Shown here piece after piece: positions 48,018 to 59,959 of a DNA stretch of 64,000 nucleotides. The stretch covers positions 15,252,001-15,316,000 of the forward strand of contig NC_135762.1 in NCBI RefSeq assembly GCF_052425735.1. The letters run 5' to 3'. Origin of the DNA: Oculina patagonica (Eukaryota). A model generated the notes under the pieces. It did not search any database, had not been told where the DNA came from, and worked only from the letters and a program-made list of their open reading frames with translations. Position numbers and translations under genes: made by a program. The stretch's first letter is position 1. Each line of letters opens with the position of its first letter.

Positions 48018-51000
48018 TATTTAACAACAAAAAAAGCCTTGGCCGTGCTTTGTTCTGTTATAAAGCACGCAAGGAAGTGACGAGAGCACGAAAGAAGTGT
48101 AGGGTGAACACGAGCCGCAGGCGTGTGTTTCTCCCTACTTCTTGAGTGCTATCGTCACTTCCTTGAGTGCTTTATAACAGAACAAAGGACTACCAAGGCT
48201 TTTTTATTTGTTTTATAATGAAGTTTTACTTAAAAATTTAGAGAAATTGGATTTAAACAAGATGTAATCTCAGGATGCGCGCGCAGAATGGCGTGACGGA
48301 TCGTACGCGATGGAGTCAAAAGTCTTTTGATCTACAAATTCTTTTTATTTCAAAAACGCATCTGAATTTTTGAAATACAAGCACGTTAATTAAGCACTAC
48401 TTGAGGCCTTATCATTACTTTTTGATAGAGCTGAACCACTCAAATCTTGAAAATTCTCCTCGGTTTGCTAAAACAGCGAGATTTGAAATGATCTACAAGC
48501 TGCACGCGCACGCAAACGGTAAAAGATGGCGAGAGCACTCGTAAGCAGCGTGCTTTATACTCTCTTAATATACAATCTTCGTTCACTGTCCAAAATCCAC
48601 GCGCGCCATTGGTTAAAATCGAGCACGTGATTTTCCTTTACCTGTCGTCAGCAAACTCCAACAGTGCAGTATTGACAATAATGCACAAAAATCGTGCATT
48701 ATTGAAAATGTTTTCAGCTTCAAGGCTTGCAAAAGTGGAAGAAAAAGATATTCCTCAAATTATCAACGATTCAATACCAAAAAATACCAAGAAGAAAACA
48801 ACCTGGAGTGTTTTCATTTTCAAAGGTAAACTGAAGCTGAATTTTTTGTGTGCGATTGACTTGCTGGCTTGCAATTGTAAAAGCGATCGGCTCACCTTGA
48901 ACAAGCTTCTCGCTGACTGTATTTATGAACGACTCCAGCTAAAGAACAATTTAATGGACCATTTTGAGCTTTATTTATTTTTCAGCTTATTTTGGATTTC
49001 TGTATTATTGATCTTTACAGCCTGCATGTATAATTATGTACTACTCAAATTCTTATTATTATTCATTAAAAGTCTAGTTCAAAGTTCGGTGAATCGTGTT
49101 TTTCTTGCAGTGTACTCAGATTGTATATTAAAAGGGTTAGAGACTGTTAGTTCGTGTTTTGTTGACAAATACACGCACTTGCTGGCCGCACAATGAACTC
49201 GAAATTTTTAATACTGCACTCGGCTACGCCTCGTGCAGTATTGAAAATTCTCGTTCATTGTGTGGCAAGCGCGTGAGTGTATTTGTCAACAAAACACTCA
49301 CAACAGTCTCTAACCCATAATTAATATACAATCTTCGTTCACTGTCCAAAATCCACGCGCGCAATTGGTTAAAATAGATCACGTGATTTTGCTTTACCTG
49401 TCGTCAGCAAACTCAGACAGTGCAGTATTGACAATAATGCACAAAAATCGTGCATTATTGAAGGTGTCTTCAGCTTCAAAGCTTGTAGAAGTGGAAGAAA
49501 AGTATATTCCTCAAATTATTAACGATCCAATACCAAACAAAATCGAAGAGGATAACAACTTGAAGCGCTTTCATGTTCAAAGGTAAACTGCAGCTCAATA
49601 AATACATTTTTGTGTGCGATTGACTTGCTTGTAGTTGCTTGATTGTGAAAGCCATCGACTTGCATTGAACAAGCTTCTCGCTGACTGTATTTATGAACGA
49701 CCACAGCTGATGAACGATTTTATGAACCATTTTAAGTTTTATTTCTGTACGGCTAATTTGTGATTTTTGAGTCTAATGCTTGCGTGCGCTTTGCGCATGC
49801 GCATTAGACTCTTTGTTATATGAAAAAAGCTGTTAGCAATCCCAAGGGAATGGTTCGGGATCGATAATCGTTCGCTGTAATGTAGAAAACAATGATCAGC
49901 TGCAAGAACGGACTCCGTACGGACACGCACGATTAGTTTCAATTAAAAACAGCCAATCAGCGACACGTGTTCCCACGCATAATTAAAAGTTCTTTCTCAA
50001 GTCACGATTATTCAACACTTGTCCCGGCCTTTGCCATACACTGAAATCGAATTTCATGCTTTTACGACTCTCAGAGATCTTAAGTTCTTCTTACAGCTAG
50101 AAAAATCATAAAATGGTTACATTGATATGGAAGTGATGATTCGCGAAATTTGTACATCATGATAAACAGTCTTCGCTCCTGTGTATGGTAGCTCGATAAT
50201 AATTGCCTAGTTTCCAGCGTTCAAAAGGTCATCATTATATTGACGTGAGCATTTACACCCGTTTTTAGGAAAATCTGTCACTAAGTGCTTACAGTACAAT
50301 GGAGTAACAGTCACTATTTCAAGTGCTTTTATTGCAAAATTTGTTTCAAGAGTCATCATCAAAATGGTGAAAAATCTGAAAGAAAACGATGTGAAGTTCT
50401 TCAACCCTTGTTGTAATGAACATGCTTTTTGTAAATCGTCACGCAATCTTGTCCAAATGTTTAATCGTTTCTGCTTTAACGGACAATACGGAAGAAGTAA
50501 CATCAACTCTTGTTCATACTTTAAATTTTGTGAAGCATATAACATTTATGACTGTTTCGTTTTCATCCATAATCATCCACGATGCCCCTAGCTTGCTATA
50601 AGCATTTTAAATTAAACTCCCGAACACAAACCTCTAACCAATTTTAACCGGCTTACGAAAACCGCGCAATCTGTATCACTATGCCATACGGCATTAGACT
50701 CATGTCACCCTTGGTGACCTATTTTTATATTATTGATGTAATCCCGTGTAATTATGTACTACTACACTTCTTATTTTTAAACATTAAGTTTGTTGTTTGA
50801 AGTTCGTTAAGTCGATGATCGCTTGCAGTTCGATGCAGTGTACTCAGATTGTATATTAAAAGGGTTAGAGTCTGTTCGTTCGTGTTTTGTTGACAAATAC
50901 ACGCACTTGCTGGCCTCACAATGAACTCAAAATTTTCAATACTGCACTCGGCTACGCCTCGTGCAGTATTGAAAATTTCTCGTTCATTGTGCGGCCAGCG

Positions 51001-51108
51001 CGTGCGTGTATTTGTCAACAAAACACTCACAACAGTCTCTAACCCATAAATAAAGCACGCTGTTTAAACCAATCAGAACGCTCGTTAGATTGTCACTTTA
51101 TTATAACA
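48018..51108. mobile_element. Nested non-autonomous elements with long hairpins and internal duplications (Crypton-like)
   Basis: Hairpins at ~48030-48210, ~49120-49320 and ~50845-51047, and a direct repeat of ~48565-48960 at ~49322-49730. The block interrupts the 3' flank shared by the Ly6 copies. Confidence 0.55.
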
Positions 51109-52063
51109 TACTGTAACCACAGTAGCACAGAATTAAAATAAAAGCACTTGTCAACCGTGGCGCTTTTCGTGACTCAACAATGCTTTGTATAAAGGGAAAT
51201 AGCTTTTATACAAAAAAGCACAGAAATACGTTTATCTTCTCCACGGTCCTTTCACTTTGGGCAGCCTCTCCTGGAGGGAGGGGGGGGGGGGGGGGTTGGC
51301 ACACGCTTATTTGGCCTGAAAGGGAACGCACCGCTGAACAGGGTAGGGCTTTCAGGGTCCTTCGCCGTAAACTGGGTACACTCTCGACACACTGAAAAAA
51401 TAATACTGCAGACACGACAGGTACGAAAGGAGTTCGAGGTCTTTGTCTTAAGTCACGCTTAAGGTTTTTGGCTCGCTTCGCTCGTCAACCCACTCGGGAG
51501 CCTGTTCGCAGGCTATTTGTGGGAAGCAAAACCTCCCGAAAACTCTAGAAAAACTTCGGACGATCTTTGGCAATCTTCGGCGGTCCCTTAATGACCTGCG
51601 AAGTCTTCTGATTTTTTTTTGATGATCTTCGAAAATCGTCGGAAATATTTGGATGATCTCCGGAAGCGTTAGGAGAGCTTTTTAGGGTAGCTGGAGAGCT
51701 ATTTAGGCGAACCAAAGCGCTATTCGACGCCTGCCACGCAGGCTTAGCGGAGCGCTATTTTGACTTACCGGACGCTATTTAGGCTAGCTGGAGTGCACAT
51801 CTGCATCTGAGCACTAACGTTATAGTAAATCACCGACCAATCAATGTTTTTTATATGAGTCAAAGTCCGCAAAGCTTCAAAGTTTGCCGAAACTTTATTT
51901 AAATAGTAATTAATTGCTTTCATTGATGATCTGCGAAGGGGAGAAGGGGATTGGGGAGGGGAGGCGGGCGTTGGTAGTACACGCAAACTTTAATTCGGGG
52001 TTCAAAACATTTTTAACTGATCACATACGAACCTAGTAAATGACCTAGCTCACCAAGAGTCTT

Positions 52064-52185
52064 TCGTAGCTTAGCGGTTAGAACGTCCAAACAGTATCTG
52101 GGAGGCCATGGGCTCGATTCCTGCGTCGGAGACTCGGATGTTTCTTTGCCCCACGCTCGAGACAAAAGGAATGTTTCACTTTTAA
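52064..52185 (+). mobile_element. tRNA-derived SINE-like element
   Basis: A-box-like GTAGCTTAGCGGTTAGA and B-box-like GGCTCGATTCC without a full cloverleaf; a related inverse copy lies at ~56505-56600. Confidence 0.55.
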
Positions 52186-53044
52186 TCAACATACTTGATT
52201 ATTCAGGATTCTTTCCTCGACCGACTGCTCCCATTGTAAAGCTGCTTAGCATGATGAATAAAACTTTGAATTAATAATTGTTGTGCTTTTCTTGTGTGTG
52301 TGTGTTTTTTTGGAAGGACTGTTGAAAGACAAGCAAAACTGAAACATAGTATATTGCAAGAAGTACCGACAGCATTTTTTAATCGTCAAATGAAGTCAGT
52401 TATGTCGCGTGCTCTAGTTTGTGCGCTACGTTGAAACTTATCAACCACGCATTTATATTTATAATTTGGCTTGCTAATACCGTCCAAGACATTTCCAAGG
52501 TCACCTCAATCCTATTTCTAAACGCTTGAAAAGGCAAAGGCGAGGAGCTCACACCCATCATCTGTCAGTATATCGTCTTGTATCGTGCGAAGGACAAACT
52601 AAGATCTTTTCTATTTTGGACTTTCTGTTGGAAAAACTAAGGTAAGATGGCGACAGATAGTGATCTAACGTAATTCATTTTTTACACGTTTTCAGGGAAA
52701 AAGTGTAGGTTAATTAAATGTAGACGTAGATGTTAGAGAACAAAATTCCGCTCGTAACCACAGATAGAAAGAAAAGTCCCCTTAAAGTGCTAATGTTCTT
52801 CGATTCAACAGCAAGGCATCGGCAGACCCAGGATTCCAAAACCTTTTCGAGTTCTTCGTGCTAAAAGAAACCTGAGAAGTCCGACAATAAAATATTTGTT
52901 TGCCCCAAGGCCAAGAATACCACAAACGCAAATGGAACTATGTTACACGAATTATTGTTTGTTTCAAACACACCAGTTCGAAGCCCAACCTCTTTATGTA
53001 ACTTTATATAATCTCTTCAAATAAATCATTTAGTTTGAAAGTAC

Positions 53045-53562
53045 ATGTAGAACGCCGGTAACTCGAACTCGGATAACTCGAAAATCCCGCTAATAAACTC
53101 GATCGAACTAAGGTCAACTCTGAACTTCGATTTCCCTTGGATTTGACACCACTTTTCAGTCATTTTTACTCGGTTAACTCGAACTCGGGTAACTCGAAAA
53201 CCAAGCTAACTCGAATTAGATTTCGTTTCCCCTGGTCAAAATTTGGGTCAAATTTACCCCGATAACTCGAAAACCGGTTCTTGCAACTCGCCACGGTTGC
53301 TCATTGATTAGAGCAACGAAGAAATCACGTATTTGATCTCCATTTTCCACTCTAATCGTAAGAATGTATGGCTGTGTTAAAGCTTCTGACGAGATAAGTT
53401 CAAATTGTACTGTGCTGTATACTGAAGTGCTTTAAAATCAGTAAACTATCAATTATTAACTTGGCAAATTAAATATTCAATCGACCCCGATAACTCGAAA
53501 CCCCACGAACTCGAACTGTTTGTCGTTTCCTTCAGAGTTCGAGTTACCGGGGTTCTACTGTA
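53045..53562. mobile_element. Tc1/mariner-pogo-like MITE
   Basis: TGTAGAACGCCGGTAACTCGAAC...GTTCGAGTTACCGGGGTTCTACTG; absent from the duplicated segment at ~58685. Confidence 0.7.
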
Positions 53563-53780
53563 CTGTATGATCTCCAAAAAGAGTATTTCTGGTGGCTGGG
53601 AAATCACATATGTAACTCGGGTTTTGAATTGAAAGTTGCGTGATAAAGTGATTCGAATTTATTATTCCGTTCCACTTTAATAATTTCAAGCTGTGACAAA
53701 TTTCTATTCACTGTTGCAAATTATTAAATCGTTTTTCCCCTTTCATTTATATCCAGCTGTCATCAGAGTTGAGCAGAACA

Positions 53781-55060
53781 ATGCGGTGGTCATTGGCGAT
53801 TTTTGTGGCTGTCTGTACACTGCCATCCGGTGAGCACACTTACATCAAGTGATTTTTGATTAAAACAAAGCCACAATTGCTATGTGAAATGAATTGTTCC
53901 CTCGCCTTCCTGTTGTTAATGTGATCAGTCCAAAAGTGCTAGATAGAATTAATTTTGGCTTTCCATATACAGTGTTTGCAGGTGGTAGACCATGTCAGAC
54001 CTGCACCAAAAGTCCGCTCCAGTCTCCAGAGCAGTGTAACATGTCTAATATTGAAGACTACTGTGGAAGCAATGACAAGTATGATACCCTTACTATGACA
54101 TGATAATTATTACAAGTTCTCACTACCATCCACGCTTCACCTATTCGGAGGACGAGTTATTATTTTTCATCTTCATCGTATATCCGTACTGCATGTAGAT
54201 AAGTTGTAAAACTGTGTACGTAGCCAAGCGTAAGCGTTGGATGTAAAACTCTTTGTATGTAGAAAGTGTACACTTTAAATATCCACTGTGGCACAAGGGG
54301 CGGATAGTATGGCGGCGTGCATGCATACATTTTCAAATAAGAATGGCGCAACCATACATCATATGTTTTGCAGAGTTTCATCTTGGCTTTTCGTAGGGGC
54401 ACAGATATTGTCTGCATAACCTGAGATAATGCCCTTCCTCCGTACTTATCACTCCGAAAAATACTGAGAATGAAAAAAAAAAAAAAAACGCCTGATCGAA
54501 AGTAATTGTCTGTATATATAAACAAGGTGTCCGTACAAGGCAGGCTAATTTGAGAGAAAATGAATGAGCTGAGACCCAAACCGCTGCAATTAAAACGAAA
54601 TCAGTCAGTATAAAGCGGGTGTCCGTAAAACGGGGTTCGATTGTAATGTATTTATCTTTTAATCTCTCTTTTTAGGTGCATCGCATTAACAGCCGAGTTG
54701 ATGAACGGTACGTTGGTTGGTATGCGAGGTTGTTTTCCTGACAGTGCTGGCCAGTGTACCAACATCTCTGCCTGCAACCAGGGAAATGAAAGTCTTCCTG
54801 ATGGGGTTTATTTTGAACGCTGCGTGGCTGAATGTTGCACTCAGGATCGGTGCAATAAAGGACTCTTCCCAATGCTGCCTGAGCTGCCAAGTCCCTCATC
54901 AGTCCGTGTAATGGTCAGCAGCTCCATTGCTGGCTCAGCTAAAACTACGCAAGCTTCAACCACTCAAGCACCAAAAGATCCAACTGCTGCCGGCATTAAG
55001 ATGAAGGCATTCTTACATTTGCCAATCTTTCTACTCATTATAATCAAAATAATGAGTTAA
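53781..55060 (+). CDS. GPI-anchored Ly6/uPAR (three-finger) protein 3 (exons 53781-53829, 53973-54078, 54676-55060)
   Basis: MRWSLAIFVAVCTLPSVFA signal peptide, PCQTC...CCTQDRCN and hydrophobic tail; paralog of copy 1. Confidence 0.8.
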
Positions 55061-55586
55061 GCGTTGAGTCATACACTTGAGAAAAGTAATCAACTTGTGC
55101 TTCTTAGATAACACTAGTTTCACGTCACAATTTTTTTTTATCAGTCTGTAACCGCGGGGCCACAGAATGGAAATAAAAGCACAGGTTATGCGTGATACAT
55201 TTTGAAGAGGTTACTTTATCTAAGAGAAATAACTTTTGTACAAACAAGCACAGGATGCTTTTTTAAGCCTGTTTAAACCACATTCATTTCGGGCAGTTCC
55301 TGGAGTGAGGGGGAACTCCCTTATTGGACTAAACAGTAACGTACCGGTAAACAGGGCAGTGTTTTCAGTGCCCTTCGCCGTAAACTGGGTATGCCCTTAA
55401 CACACTGAAAGAATGATACCGCAGACTAAAACGTAGCAGGTACGAAAGGAGCTCGAGGTCTGAGAAAAGAAACGAACAACGCGTTCGGATACTTGTAGAA
55501 CCCACTGATGTCTCAGTAAAACGAGACTAAACCAATAAATAAATGAAATGAGACACTGTGAATCGTGGCCACTGAAAAAAATTCAG

Positions 55587-55659
55587 TGGCTCAGGTAGGA
55601 CTCGAACCCACGACTTTCGGGCTACATGACCACTGCTCTACCATCTGAGCTACAAAGCC
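55587..55659 (-). mobile_element. tRNA-derived SINE head or tRNA pseudogene
   Basis: GGCTTTGTAGCTCAGATGGTAGAGC...GTGGGTTCGAGTCCTACCTGAGCCA. D and T arms fold but the anticodon stem does not pair. Confidence 0.6.
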
Positions 55660-57882
55660 ACAGATGGGAACAGCGCGTGAGTGAATCCCGTATGATCTTA
55701 AAACACGAATAGGCCATTTCCGAGTTTCCCTTTGCCTCTGTTTCAAAAGGAATCAACGAGTGAAACTATTCATATAAAAATGAGTTTCACCTACAGGTAC
55801 ATTTTCATGCAAATCAAACTCATTTTCAGTTGAATGGTTTCGCACGTAGACTCGTTTTGAAACCGAGGCAAAGGGTAATTCGGAAATGGCCTATTTTTTT
55901 TTCAGTGGCCAAGATTCACAGCGTCAGGTCTCATTTCGTTAATTTGTTATGACTTAGGATGATTCTATAGTTCGTCTCATGTTTTTAACAATTGTTTGTG
56001 CGAAATTGTCGTTTTTCCGACTCCGGCCAGCTTTATTTGTCAAACATGTGTTGTTCCCCAATAGATACGTCTCCATGAAAATATAACGACTCCCGGAAAT
56101 TTTTGATTCATCAGAGTCTGCGAATGGCGAAAGCAAAGAGAGTCGGTACTTACGCAGCATGATACCATGCTTTGCGTTAATTGAATATTCATGCGAATAA
56201 AATATATGGGGAAGAAAATATTCCGATAACTCTAGAAACCCTCGGGTGATCTTCGGCAATATTATCTGCGAAATCGTCTGAATCCTTTGGATGATCTCCG
56301 GAAGTGTTCGGAGTTCTGTTTGGGCTAACGGGAGGGCTATCTTGGCTAACCGGACGCTACTTAGGCTATACCCAGCGTGCTGATTAGTCTAACCCGAGTG
56401 CCTTTTAGGGAATGAACATTAATTTTTTAAAGGTGAGATCAAAAATCTTGAAAATAGTGAGCCAGTTTTTAAACCATAACACAAGGTTTGAATTGTGTGA
56501 AAGATGAAATATTCAGCATGTCGCGAGCGTGGGACAAAGAGAAAATCTGAGTTCCTGACGGAAATCGAACCCATGACCTCGTGGGTTTGTTTCCCGTCGG
56601 GGACTCATTTACCGAGCTTAAAATTTTTCATCTTCCTTTATTCATCACCATACAGTGTGATTTTTGTTTGTTAATTCATTCTTATGTCAAAAGTGCACGA
56701 ATGATTTGCAAAATTTAGATTCACTATAAAAGACGACTTTTTAAAACGGCTTTTTTTTTTAAAAAAAAAGGTTGTACGAAAATGATGTTTAACACCCACA
56801 GTTTAAACTAAAACTGTAGGCCACAAATAGTTATATCAACTGAAGTTCAAAATACGTCACGCCTTTCAAAATTTTCTGCCTGTTTTCTAAACGCACTAAC
56901 GCATGGTCTGTCTGCGTAGAACTGTAGACCTATGTATTTTTACGAAATGTAAAGAAAAAATATACAGTCATACTTAGTTGTATTGCGAAACTCCCTGATA
57001 AAGCGTGCACTAGTCACAAGAAACTTGTAGGAAAGAATAATTTAAAATAGTTTTACAACTCAAGTAATTTGGGAAAAGACTGATTTCTATTAATACAAAA
57101 TCGACTTTGATGGTTTATGGGAGCATCGCGAAAGATGAACAGGTCTTTAGTTTTGTTGGAAAGAGCCTTCTACTCCCACTAGATGTTGTATCTATCTTAT
57201 GTACTCTGTCTTATGTAGTTTTATATATTACAAGTGTTTTTGTCACCATTTGAAATTGTACATATTTTTTTAGTCCATTTCACTCGATCTATTTTAAACT
57301 TTATTTTTATTTACACGACCCCATCGTGTATAAATTAGCAAATGGTAAACGACATAGCGTACACTATGGAATTATGGATGTACGCGGGAGGTTGCTAAGC
57401 ACGAATAAAGCGTAAGAGTCACACGAGACGATAGCCGAGTGCGGCTCTAGCTTTTTAACCAATCAGAGCGCGCGCTTTACTTTAGTTGTGCTGTAATAAA
57501 GGTTTTACTTACTGGCTGCTTGCTTTCTTGTTTGCTGGCTTGCTTACTTACTTACTTACTTAATTACTTACCCTACGTTCGTCAGTAGGTGAGTGGTATG
57601 TTTAATAACTTTAACCACTACGATAAAACACTTCGATAAAAAGCCACGGTGCAATTGTAACTGAGGCCACGTCCTGGCTGGACACCTTTGTTTGAGCTGA
57701 TAGCTACACAGAAAATTATGTTTGTCTTGAGTTCAAGATACTAAGCTATTAATCCCTATCAAGATTTGTCTACTTCCAGTGTTCCCATAATGACAACTAC
57801 ACGCGCATACATAGGTGACCTGTAAGTGACGTCGTTACCTTTCAAGTATGCCTAAACTCTGAATATTTTAAAAACATAACAG

Positions 57883-58855
57883 ATTCAGGATACTTTCCAC
57901 GATCTACTGCTCCCATTGTAAAGCTTCTTAGCATGATGATTACAGCTACTAATTAATAATTGTTTTGCTCTTTCTTGTGTTGTTTTTTTCGTTGGAACGT
58001 GTTTTAAGACAAGCAAAACTGAAACAAAGTATTGCAAGAGTTACCGACAGCATTTTTTGATCGTAAAATGAAATCAGTTCCGTCGCGTGCTCTAGTTTGC
58101 GGTCCGCTACGTTGAAACTTAACAACCACGCATTAATATTTATAATTTGGTCTCAACTGTTCAAGGTCACTTCAATCCTATTTTTTCAACGGTTGAAAAG
58201 GCAAAGGCGAGGAACTCACACCCATCATCTGTCAGTATATCGGTTTTTATTGTGCGAAGGACTAACTAAGATCTTTCTATTTTGCACACCCTGTTGGAAA
58301 TACGACAGATAGTGATCTAACGTAATTCATTTCTATTACGTATTCAGCGAAAAAGTGTAGCTTAATTTATATAGACGTATATGTTAGAAAACACAATTCC
58401 GCTCATAACCACAGATAGAAAAAGCAGTCCCCTTAAGTGCTAATGTTCTTCGATTCAACAGCAAGGCATCGGCAGACCCAGGATTCCAAAACCTTATCAA
58501 GCTCTTCGTGCTAAAACAAACCTGAGAAGTCCGACATAAAATATTTGTTTGCCCCAAGGCCAAGATCGAATACCACCGTTATGCAAATGGCTATATGTTG
58601 ACACGAATTATTGTTTGCTTCAAACAAACCAGGCAGTCACTTTATGTAACTTTATACAACCTCCCCAAACAAAATAATTTGGAAGTACTGTATGATCTCC
58701 ACAAAGAGTATTTCTGGTGGCTGGGAAGTCACATGAAACTCGGGTTTTGAATTTAAAAATGCGTGATAAGGTGTTTTGATCGAATTTATTGTTTCGTGCT
58801 ACTAGTCAGCAAGCTGCGACAAATTTCTATTCACTGTTGCAAATAATTAAATTGT
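57883..58855 (+). repeat. Duplicate of the Ly6 copy 3 upstream region (~52200-53730), truncated before exon 1
   Basis: Colinear high similarity to 52200-53730 minus the MITE. Confidence 0.75.
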
Positions 58856-59424
58856 TATTAAACTAACAATAAGTCGGCACATAACAGTGACATCATCGCA
58901 AAGGTAAATAAATTTTTCTTGATCACCAACAATCGTCATTCAACTCGACAGACGACCTAACTCTGCTTGAACTACTAGAAGTTTCCATGTAGCTTGTGGG
59001 TATCCATCCATAAATTTACAAAAAAAAAAACGTTTATTCCTACAATCTATGATCTTTTGACTATCTAAAGTGCAGATAGTTTACAAATAGATTGGATTCC
59101 AAAATCCAACTTTAAGATTAATATTACAAGAGTTGATGTTCGCGGGAGAAAATATGTCTCAGTGGCCCACTCCGGCAAGGGCTAAAATGTTCTCCAAAAA
59201 CATATTAAAGAGCCAAAAACATATTTGCATATTTATTTTATAATAATTCCAAAAAAAAAAATTAGTATGGGTAATCAAATGGTGACGAGTGAAATTAGGA
59301 AATAATTTCACGCGCATTTTGTCAAAATTCTAATAATTTCCCGAGCCTTTAGGCGAGGGAAATTATAAGAATTTTGACAAATTGCAAGTGAAATTATTTC
59401 CTAATTTCACGAGTATAACATTTG

Positions 59425-59924
59425 NNNNNNNNNNNNNNNNNNNNNNNNNNNNNNNNNNNNNNNNNNNNNNNNNNNNNNNNNNNNNNNNNNNNNNNNNNNN
59501 NNNNNNNNNNNNNNNNNNNNNNNNNNNNNNNNNNNNNNNNNNNNNNNNNNNNNNNNNNNNNNNNNNNNNNNNNNNNNNNNNNNNNNNNNNNNNNNNNNNN
59601 NNNNNNNNNNNNNNNNNNNNNNNNNNNNNNNNNNNNNNNNNNNNNNNNNNNNNNNNNNNNNNNNNNNNNNNNNNNNNNNNNNNNNNNNNNNNNNNNNNNN
59701 NNNNNNNNNNNNNNNNNNNNNNNNNNNNNNNNNNNNNNNNNNNNNNNNNNNNNNNNNNNNNNNNNNNNNNNNNNNNNNNNNNNNNNNNNNNNNNNNNNNN
59801 NNNNNNNNNNNNNNNNNNNNNNNNNNNNNNNNNNNNNNNNNNNNNNNNNNNNNNNNNNNNNNNNNNNNNNNNNNNNNNNNNNNNNNNNNNNNNNNNNNNN
59901 NNNNNNNNNNNNNNNNNNNNNNNN
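59425..59924. other. Assembly gap (500 N), true size probably near zero
   Basis: Joining the flanks gives CATTTG+ATTAC, which completes the inverted repeat of GTAATCAAATG at 59271. Confidence 0.8.
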
Positions 59925-59959
59925 ATTACTAGTTCGATATTATCACGCGAATGATAAAC

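Noticed and set aside
48609-49586. 195-aa and 73-aa ORFs as host genes
   Set aside because: They lie within duplicated non-autonomous element sequence, use non-ATG starts and differ by frameshifts between copies.
55587-55659. Functional tRNA gene
   Set aside because: The anticodon stem does not pair, the acceptor stem has a mismatch and the sequence is embedded in repeats; treated as SINE-derived.
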